This document shows positions 35,588 to 42,138 of a DNA stretch of 64,000 bases, piece after piece; position 1 is the first letter of the stretch; every line of letters starts with the position of its first letter. The notes beneath the pieces were generated by a model. It saw only the letters and a list, made by a program, of their open reading frames with translations. It was not told the origin of the DNA and did not search any database. The position numbers and the translations under genes were made by a program. The stretch is from assembly GCA_039933295.1 (NCBI GenBank), contig JBDTOJ010000047.1:1337-65336 (forward strand), given 5' to 3'. The stretch is from Chloroflexota bacterium. GTDB taxonomy: Bacteria > Chloroflexota > Limnocylindria > Limnocylindrales > CSP1-4.

Positions 35588-35917
35588 CTACCTCGGCGTG
35601 AGGTTGATCGAGGTGATCTTGCCCGCCTCGACGCGGAATGAGGCATCGAGGTGTTGGGACAACGCTCCTGGCCGGACAGTCAGCACATCGGCCTGGTAGG
35701 TGATCCCCAGGTCGCGAACCTCGCCAGGGATCATCTTGAGGCCCGGCTCGGCGCGCAGGAACCAGCCCCCAACCTGCTCGACGCCACGTAGCGTCCGCGC
35801 GTTGTCACCGACGTGGATCCGCATCTCGACACGCTCGTCCATGAGCGCGACGGCACCGGGACGATCGCCATCGTTCAGCTTCTCGAAGAACACTTCCATC
35901 GTGTCGACTGCACCCAT
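35588..35917 (-). CDS. SnoaL/NTF2-like fold protein
   Basis: 109 aa. MEVFFEKLNDGDRPGAVALMDERVEMRI fits the usual NTF2-like opening helix and strand pattern. Confidence 0.5.
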   Translation of the reverse strand: MGAVDTMEVFFEKLNDGDRPGAVALMDERVEMRIHVGDNARTLRGVEQVGGWFLRAEPGLKMIPGEVRDLGITYQADVLTVRPGALSQHLDASFRVEAGKITSINLTPR

Positions 35918-35971
35918 GCGGCGAAGTGTAGGGGCGTGGGCGATCGTCCGCCGTGGAGCGCACCGGAAGCC

Positions 35972-37828
35972 CTAGAACCCGCCGCCGGCGCCGCCACCGC
36001 CGCCCGAGCCGCCACCACCGAATCCGCCGCCCCCACTGCTCCCCGATGACGACGGGGCACTGCCGACGGTGCCGAGTGCGGAGAACATGCCGCCAAGGTC
36101 CGGAACTCCCGACGAGGAGAACAGGCCGCCGCCTGACCCGGAGCCCCCACCGCCTACGAACGCAGAGCCATCGTGGCCGCGGAACCAGAGCGGCATGTAG
36201 CCCGCCTGCGAGCCCCGGGCTTCCGTGTCGGCCATCGTTCGGCCGAGAACGTCCTCGACCTGACCGGCCAGACCGAGCGCCACCGACCAGACGACGGCCT
36301 GGTCCGGTGTCTCGAGCCAGTCAAGCCCGGCATCCTGGACGACCTGATCCATAGACCGGGCCTGCTCCATGGTCTTGGACAGGGTCCGTCGGTAAGCATG
36401 GAGCCAGGCGCGCTGCATCGCCCCGGCCATCGTCCTCGCGGGCATGGCGGAGGCGACGATGAAGGTCAGAATCCCGGCAATGATCCCCGCGACGCCGACG
36501 ACCGTCAGGCCGCTGGCTGGAAGGGACATGCCCGCAAAGGTCACGACTCCGCCGACGACCAGTTCGACGACACCGATGCCGCGCCAGCGCGCGACGACGG
36601 TGGACGGTCGCTGGCCGAACCAGCCGAGGCCCACCACGGCATCTTCCAACTTGTGTTCGAAGGTCGGAACATCGGTGGCGAGTTTGGTGACATCTCCGGC
36701 CTCGATCGTTTCATCTGACGCCAGGGACTTGAGACGCGTGAGCAGGAACGCCTCGGCGGCGGAGGTGGGCTTCCGATTCGCGAGGGCGAGCCGGGAGCGT
36801 GCGACCGCAGGTCCCGGATCGCTGGCCGCCGCGGCCGACGGCATCCCGGGCAGGCCCGGAAGGATGCCCCGGGCGCCCGGCGTCGGGGGCGCGACATCGA
36901 TCGAGCTATGCGACGTGCCGGCCAGATCGTCCTGGGCTGCCGTCGCGGCGCGACCGCCGACATCGATGGCCAGTTTGGTACCGCCCAACCCGAGGAATCC
37001 CTTGTCCTGCCGAAATGCAACCTGCCCGCGACTCGCGAGGTCGAGTAGCGCCGTTGTGAGCGAGCGGCGCGATGTCTGGCCATCGAGCACGAGCGTTCCG
37101 GCGGCCGCTGTCATCCCGTCCGGTGGCGCGGGAACGAGGACCGATTCGGAATCGACGTAGACGGGATCGCGGCCAAATCGGAGCCAGTGGAAGATCGCCC
37201 AGCCGGGCAGGAGCAGGAGCACCAGCCCTCCCCCGATGATCCCCACGACGGCGTTGATCTGGCGCGCGACCTCAAGCGTCCTAGCGTGTTCCGGCGTGGC
37301 CGCAGCGCTCACTCGATGCAGGGCGATCAGGGCCGCGCCATTCAGATCGCCGGCGGCGAGCAGCGGGACCATGTCGTTGTCGAAGATCTGCTGTCGCTCG
37401 CTGTCGGTGAGGAACGCGGCTCGGAAACCCGAACCCGCGAACAGGCTGACCTGCCCGTGGACGAGCGAGGGGTCGAGATCGAACATGATCACGAGGCTGT
37501 CGTCGAAGCCACGCCGCCCGATGCCCCACTGATCGATCAGCGCGGCCGCGTTGGCCTCCGACGTCGCCTGATCGATCTTGTACGGCCAGACCTGGGTGTA
37601 GACCACGACCTCGGCCCCCGTCCGCGTTTCGATGGCATCGATCTCCGATTCGAGCGTTGCGATGGTCGACGAGCTGAAGACGCCCGCCTGGTCATAGACC
37701 GCTCGATTGATCTCCGGTGACGGGAACGGCGGGCCCGGCGGCAGGGGCGACGCCGCGAACGTCATGGTGAGGGGCAGGGTCAGGGCGGCAAGCACCCCGA
37801 CAAGTGCGGCCAGGCGCCGAATCATCAT
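35972..37828 (-). CDS. TPM-domain protein fused to a DUF2207-like multi-TM region, with a glycine-rich C-terminal tail
   Basis: Signal MMIRRLAALVGVLAALTL. TPM block VYDQAGVFSSSTIATLESEIDAIETRTGAEVVVYTQV. Several TM spans follow. The tail is GGGGSGSGGGLFSS...SGGGGFGGGGSGGGGGAGGGF. I moved the start to ATG 37828 to avoid overlapping the upstream gene. Confidence 0.7.
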   Translation of the reverse strand: MMIRRLAALVGVLAALTLPLTMTFAASPLPPGPPFPSPEINRAVYDQAGVFSSSTIATLESEIDAIETRTGAEVVVYTQVWPYKIDQATSEANAAALIDQWGIGRRGFDDSLVIMFDLDPSLVHGQVSLFAGSGFRAAFLTDSERQQIFDNDMVPLLAAGDLNGAALIALHRVSAAATPEHARTLEVARQINAVVGIIGGGLVLLLLPGWAIFHWLRFGRDPVYVDSESVLVPAPPDGMTAAAGTLVLDGQTSRRSLTTALLDLASRGQVAFRQDKGFLGLGGTKLAIDVGGRAATAAQDDLAGTSHSSIDVAPPTPGARGILPGLPGMPSAAAASDPGPAVARSRLALANRKPTSAAEAFLLTRLKSLASDETIEAGDVTKLATDVPTFEHKLEDAVVGLGWFGQRPSTVVARWRGIGVVELVVGGVVTFAGMSLPASGLTVVGVAGIIAGILTFIVASAMPARTMAGAMQRAWLHAYRRTLSKTMEQARSMDQVVQDAGLDWLETPDQAVVWSVALGLAGQVEDVLGRTMADTEARGSQAGYMPLWFRGHDGSAFVGGGGSGSGGGLFSSSGVPDLGGMFSALGTVGSAPSSSGSSGGGGFGGGGSGGGGGAGGGF

Positions 37829-37844
37829 GCGCGCAGCGTACCGC

Positions 37845-39119
37845 TCATCCGAGGCCCGCTGTCGATCCGCGGCGGCGGGCGAGGACGAGGCGCCCATCTG
37901 GCTCGAGCAGGACCTGTGGCGCGCGCGGCCGGCCGTTGTAGGTCGATCCGAGCGATGCGGCATACGCGCCCGTATCCCGGATCGCAACGAGGTCGCCGCG
38001 TCGGAGTGGCGGCAATGGATGTTCCCCGAGGTGGTCGGTCGATTCACAGATCGGACCCTCGACGCGACTCAGGTCCCAGGCATCGCTTGCGGTTGAGCCG
38101 TCGACCGGACGCCCGAGCGAGGTCAGGGCGCTGATCTCGTGACGCGCGCCGTACAGCGCCGGCCGGATCAGGTCGGTCATGCCGACATCGAGGACGACCT
38201 GACGACCATCACGATCCCGATCATGGAGCACGCGTCCGACCAGGTACCCGGCGCCCGCAACGAGCGCTCGGCCAGGCTCGATCGCGAGACGGGAGGGCCG
38301 ACGCCCAGCGTCGTGACGAGCGAGGAGGGCCGGAAGTTCACGCGCAAACCGGGCTGCATCGGGAGCCGGTTCATCGCGCGACAGCACCGGGAACCCGCCG
38401 CCGACGTCGAGCGTGTCAAAGTCTTGCCAGGCGCCGCGCATCAGGTCAGCCACCGACAGGGCCCGGCGGATGCCGTCCCGCCACGCGTCGACGGATCGGA
38501 GCTGCGATCCGACATGGAGGTGCATGCCCCGCGGCCGGAGGCCGCGACCCTCGGCCACGATGGCCACAGCCGTCGTCAGTTCATCGGAAGTCATCCCGAA
38601 CTTCGACCTGGCCGCGCCGACCGCGAGTCCCGCATGCGTATCGGGCTGGACGGACGGGTTCAGCCGGAACAGGATGTCGAGCGATCCGTCGCCGATCCCG
38701 GTACGGGCCAGGCGGACCAGGGCCTGCGCCTCGTCAACGGATTCGATTGCGAGCCACGTGAGCGGGTCCCCGATCCGTGATGCACGGATCGCCGCCCGGA
38801 GGTCCTCATCGGTCTTGCCGACGCCCTCGAAGGTCACGCGGCCATTGGGAATTCCGGCACGGGTCGCGATGGACCATTCGCCGCGCGAGACCACGTTCGC
38901 TCCGAACCCGAGGCCCCCGATCCGCTGGACGATCGCCCGGACGTCGTTGGCCTTGAGCGAGAAGGACCGCAGCCACGGATCCGGAAAGACTGCCGCCAGG
39001 TCCCCGGCCGCGCGCACGAGTTCCGCGACATCCGTGACCGCGACCGGCGTCCCATGCCGGCGAGCTGCAGCGGTCAGGGACGCCGCGATCCCGGGTAGTC
39101 GATCTGGCCGGCCGGCCAT
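37845..39119 (-). CDS. lysA: PLP-dependent Orn/DAP/Arg decarboxylase family 2 enzyme, diaminopimelate decarboxylase-like
   Basis: FSLKAN (PLP lysine), HLHVGSQ, DVGGGF, EPGRALV, GPICESTD, and YAASLGSTYNGRP. Confidence 0.65.
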   Translation of the reverse strand: MAGRPDRLPGIAASLTAAARRHGTPVAVTDVAELVRAAGDLAAVFPDPWLRSFSLKANDVRAIVQRIGGLGFGANVVSRGEWSIATRAGIPNGRVTFEGVGKTDEDLRAAIRASRIGDPLTWLAIESVDEAQALVRLARTGIGDGSLDILFRLNPSVQPDTHAGLAVGAARSKFGMTSDELTTAVAIVAEGRGLRPRGMHLHVGSQLRSVDAWRDGIRRALSVADLMRGAWQDFDTLDVGGGFPVLSRDEPAPDAARFARELPALLARHDAGRRPSRLAIEPGRALVAGAGYLVGRVLHDRDRDGRQVVLDVGMTDLIRPALYGARHEISALTSLGRPVDGSTASDAWDLSRVEGPICESTDHLGEHPLPPLRRGDLVAIRDTGAYAASLGSTYNGRPRAPQVLLEPDGRLVLARRRGSTAGLG

Positions 39120-39164
39120 CGGATGCGCGGGCCTCGTTCCAGCCGACCCGTTCGGGCGATCGAG

Positions 39165-39569
39165 CTAGAACGCGACCTTTCGACCCGAGTTCACCATGCC
39201 GAGGAGCGTCGCCACGACGCTGATCACGATCGAACCGAGGATCGCGCCGACGATTGAATCAGAGGTGAAGTTCGGCGGGAACTTTCCGATCGTGAACCCG
39301 AGGCCGAGCTGGTCGGACACGAACGCGACGAGGAGCAGCATCACCGCGTTCAGGACGAACGCAAACAGCCCCATGGTCATGAGGGTGATCGGGAAGGACA
39401 GCACCTTCAGGATCGGCTTGAGATAGCTGTTGACCAGGGCGAGGATCAGCGCGACGACCAGCAGTTTCCACCAGTCCTCGCCAAAGGCGAACTTGATCTG
39501 AGGCACCAGCTGGATGGCGACGAACACGCCCGCGGCGTTCACCAGGACCTTGACGATGAGATCGGACAC
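39165..39569 (-). CDS. four-TM membrane protein of the 'phage holin 4_2' (PF04020-like) family
   Basis: LVNSYLKPILKVLSFPITLMTMGLFAFVLNAVMLLLVAFV matches the family core. GTG 39569 is preceded by GGGAGG 7 nt upstream. Confidence 0.7.
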   Translation of the reverse strand: MSDLIVKVLVNAAGVFVAIQLVPQIKFAFGEDWWKLLVVALILALVNSYLKPILKVLSFPITLMTMGLFAFVLNAVMLLLVAFVSDQLGLGFTIGKFPPNFTSDSIVGAILGSIVISVVATLLGMVNSGRKVAF

Positions 39570-39692
39570 TGGATGCCTCCCGCACGGATGTACCGACCTG
39601 CGCCGGTTCGATGGCCCGATCATCGCAGATGGCGTCCAGTCGGGGGTTCGACCTTGCCGACTGCCAAGGTGCGCGGGGCGGAGTGCCTGCGC

Positions 39693-40307
39693 TCAGCGAC
39701 CCTCGAGGGACGCCCGGAGTCGATCGCGGACCTCAGGCCACTCGACGGAGATGACGCTGTAGTAAGCCGAATCTCGAAGCGGACCCGTCGGCATGATCAT
39801 GTGCTCCCGGAAGATCCCCTCGAAGGTGGCACCGATCCCGAGCAGCGCGTTTCGTGACCTGTCATTTCGGGCGTCGGTCTTGAATTCGACCCGGTTAGCG
39901 CCGAGCTCGTCGAAGGCATGGGCGAGCTGGAGGGCCTTCGCCTCGCGATTGATTCCTGTCCGCTGCTGGGCGGTTCCCACCCAGGTCCAGCCGATTTCCA
40001 GCCGGCGATGATCGGGGACGATCGACATGTAGCGCGTGCTGCCCACGGCTCGGCCACTCGCCAGGTCGATCGTTGCGAACGGCACGTCCGTGCCGGCGGC
40101 GCCGCTCGCGATGGCGGCCCGGAGCCAGACCTCGATCCCGTCTCGATCCGTTGGCCGCGCGATCGTGAGGGCCCAGATGGACGTGTCCAGGCCAACCTCG
40201 ACGAGATCGTCCAGATGGTCCACGGAGAGGGGCTCGAGGCGAACGCGCTTGCCGGTCAATGTCACGGGCGTGACCCAGGGACTTGGAGCGGGGCTCGTGT
40301 TCGGCAC
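39693..40307 (-). CDS. GNAT family N-acetyltransferase (RimJ/RimL-like)
   Basis: LTGKRVRLEPLSVDHLDDL opening, RRLEIGWTWVGTAQQRTGINREAK, and NRVEFKTDARNDRSRNALLGIG. Confidence 0.8.
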   Translation of the reverse strand: MPNTSPAPSPWVTPVTLTGKRVRLEPLSVDHLDDLVEVGLDTSIWALTIARPTDRDGIEVWLRAAIASGAAGTDVPFATIDLASGRAVGSTRYMSIVPDHRRLEIGWTWVGTAQQRTGINREAKALQLAHAFDELGANRVEFKTDARNDRSRNALLGIGATFEGIFREHMIMPTGPLRDSAYYSVISVEWPEVRDRLRASLEGR

Positions 40308-40369
40308 GGATCCTCCAATCGAGCGCCGGTTGGCGCATCGCGATCCTACTGCGCGGCTCGGCGCGTTGG

Positions 40370-40431
40370 GCTCAGCTGCGAGCGCTCAGCTGCGAGCGCT
40401 CAGCTGCGAGCGCTCAGCTGCGAGCGCTCAG
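40370..40431. repeat. 14-bp tandem repeat GCTCAGCTGCGAGC, 4.4 copies, starting inside the last codons and stop of the GntR-family gene
   Basis: Perfect copies at 40370, 40384, 40398 and 40412, plus 6 nt of a fifth. AGCGCT and CAGCTG palindromes alternate. Confidence 0.95.
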
Positions 40432-41421
40432 AACGTGCTCGATGGCCCGGCGGAGGTGCTCGATGGCGGCCGGATCGAACTCGTAACTCCAGGCCCGCAC
40501 GCGTTCCGGGTATTTGAGGTCGGCATCGAGCCCCAGGGCCAGGGCCTCGCGCGACATGAGGATCAGGTCGGCCGTCTCGGAAAGTCCGGCAAGGCCCGCA
40601 TGATCACCAACGAGAACCGGGATCAGCTCGACGCCCTTGGTCCCGGCGATGGCAAGCGTCTCGGCGATGTTCTCGGTCCCGCGCTCGGACGCGCATACGA
40701 CCCCGACGCGTGATCCGGCCGCGAGGCCGGCGATCTCGTGGACCATCTCGACGTAGCCCGGGCCCACGAGCATCGCGACCACGGGCGTTCGTCCGCCGAC
40801 CAGGGCCTGCGCCTCGTCGGCGTGAAAGGTCGTGGTGGCGACCAGGTCGTAGTGGAAATGGTTGAGTCGGTCGGGGATCTCATCGAGCATCGTTCCCTCA
40901 GCCTCGATGAGGCCTGGGAATTCGTCATTCAGGCGCTCGGCGTCATAGCCGGCATCGGCCGTCGTACATTCGGCGAACAGGACCCTGACCACCGGGCCAG
41001 GGCGACGCCGCTCGGACGAGGCGGCGAACGTCGCGGCGGCGACCTCGTCGGGCGTGAAGCCCGCCTGGGTTGCACGGCGGATCATCTCGGAAACGATGCC
41101 GGCCAGAGCATCGGGCCGGCGCCGCTTCGGAGGGCGATCAGAAACGACCGTCCCGGCACCGTGGCGGCTGGCGACGTACCCGCCGTCGGCGAGTCGCCGA
41201 TAGACCGCCCGGATCGTGTTCGGATTGACCCGGAGAGCAGCTCCGAGCTCGCGAACCGGAGACAGGCGGGCGCCCGGTAGGAGCCGGCCAGAATCGATCT
41301 GATAGACGAGCTGCCAGTAGATCTGGGTCGAGATCGGGACATCGCTGTCGCGGGTGACGTCCAGGTCACGACCTGACAGTCCGTTTGGCGCGATCTTCGG
41401 TTCAGAATCGACTGTTGACAT
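40414..41421 (-). CDS. GntR-family transcriptional regulator with a roughly 250-aa C-terminal domain I cannot assign to a classic subfamily
   Basis: wHTH region ISTQIYWQLVYQIDSGRLLPGARLSPVRELGAALRVNPNTIRAVYRRLADGGYV. The C-terminal alpha/beta region is not recognisably FadR, HutC/UTRA, MocR or YtrA type. Confidence 0.8.
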   Translation of the reverse strand: MSTVDSEPKIAPNGLSGRDLDVTRDSDVPISTQIYWQLVYQIDSGRLLPGARLSPVRELGAALRVNPNTIRAVYRRLADGGYVASRHGAGTVVSDRPPKRRRPDALAGIVSEMIRRATQAGFTPDEVAAATFAASSERRRPGPVVRVLFAECTTADAGYDAERLNDEFPGLIEAEGTMLDEIPDRLNHFHYDLVATTTFHADEAQALVGGRTPVVAMLVGPGYVEMVHEIAGLAAGSRVGVVCASERGTENIAETLAIAGTKGVELIPVLVGDHAGLAGLSETADLILMSREALALGLDADLKYPERVRAWSYEFDPAAIEHLRRAIEHVLSARS

Positions 41422-41443
41422 AGTCCACTAGTCCAAGTAATGT
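41415..41443 (+). promoter_or_regulatory. near-consensus sigma-70-type promoter: TTGACA, 17 nt, TAATGT
   Basis: TTGACA at 41415-41420. The spacer is exactly TAGTCCAC TAGTCCAA plus g (41421-41437). TAATGT at 41438-41443. It points at the small ORF at 41509 and its -35 abuts and overlaps the GntR start codon. Confidence 0.6.
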
Positions 41444-41508
41444 TCGGTTTGGCCTAGTGCACTGTACCAAATCAGCGAAAAGGGCCAAAACATGGAAAGG
41501 AGTATGCG

Positions 41509-41640
41509 ATGACCGGCCTGTCAATCCTCGGTCTCATCATCGGTGCTCTCGTGGCCCTCGATATCGCAGCCCTTCGGTGGGGCGTCGACTCCCGAATCGG
41601 CTTCGACAACGGCACCACGCGGACAAGCCTCGACGTCTGA
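41509..41640 (+). CDS. 43-aa single-TM small protein (below the ORF-track cutoff)
   Basis: SD GGAAAGGAG (41494-41502), 6-nt spacer, then ATG. The peptide is MTGLSILGLIIGALVALDIAALRWGVDSRIGFDNGTTRTSLDV. By my count 33 of 42 sense codons after the ATG end in G/C, like the surrounding genes. A promoter lies upstream and a hairpin follows. Confidence 0.6.
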   Translation: MTGLSILGLIIGALVALDIAALRWGVDSRIGFDNGTTRTSLDV

Positions 41641-41645
41641 CCGCG

Positions 41646-41662
41646 GACCGCGTCGAGCGGTC
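41646..41662 (+). terminator. stem-loop GACCGC-gtcga-GCGGTC followed by TTTC, 5 nt after the small-ORF stop
   Basis: gaccgcgtcgagcggtc followed by tttcgaaa. Confidence 0.45.
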
Positions 41663-41709
41663 TTTCGAAACTGAACACTCGATCCAGCGTCTCCACGCTG
41701 GACTTCACG

Positions 41710-41739
41710 TCAGCCCGTGGCGCGCAGGCCGCGGGCTGA
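41710..41739. terminator. 8-bp (extendable) stem-loop TCAGCCCG...CGGGCTGA between the small ORF and the convergent membrane-protein gene
   Basis: tcagcccgtggcgcgcaggccgcgggctga followed by cggctttc on the + strand. Confidence 0.4.
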
Positions 41740-41784
41740 CGGCTTTCATGCTGAACACGCAACCTGATGTAAGTCTGGAGTAGG

Positions 41785-42108
41785 TCACTCCCGCCGTGCC
41801 ACCGGGGCGCTGTTAGGGCCGCGGTCTGATGCGGCGAGCGCGATCCATGCGGTGACCGAGGGGATCAGGTAGAGCCCGCCCTCGAAGGCGAGCAGCACGA
41901 GCAGCCCGATGACCATCAATCCGCTCCCGAGGCGCGCGGCTCGGCTCGCGCCGCCGAGCGGGCGAACCCCCCAGATGAGCAGGAGCACGATCAACCAGCC
42001 GACGACGAAAGGCCAGCCGATGAACCCGCTGCCGATCATCGGGACCGCGAGGCCGACGAGGGCGAGCACCCACGGCACGGGCCAAAGGTAGCGGTGTCGG
42101 CTGCTCAT
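41785..42108 (-). CDS. three-TM membrane protein, function unknown
   Basis: 107 aa with hydrophobic spans VPWVLALVGLAVPMIGSGFIGWPFVVGWLIVLLLIW and LMVIGLLVLLAF. It lies 30 nt downstream of the GH57 gene. Confidence 0.5.
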   Translation of the reverse strand: MSSRHRYLWPVPWVLALVGLAVPMIGSGFIGWPFVVGWLIVLLLIWGVRPLGGASRAARLGSGLMVIGLLVLLAFEGGLYLIPSVTAWIALAASDRGPNSAPVARRE

Positions 42109-42138
42109 GGCCGCATTCTGCGCGCGGCGCCAGCGGGG

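Noticed and set aside
35975-36150. GCC/GCCGCC-rich simple-sequence tract
   Set aside because: It encodes the Gly/Ser-rich C-terminal tail of the TPM/DUF2207-like protein on the minus strand. The plus-strand ORFs across it are artefacts.
39165-39569. 'Phage holin' family gene as evidence of a prophage
   Set aside because: There are no lysin, terminase, capsid, tail or integrase genes, and no att-like repeats nearby. The family is widespread as a chromosomal four-TM protein, and the composition matches the surrounding genes.
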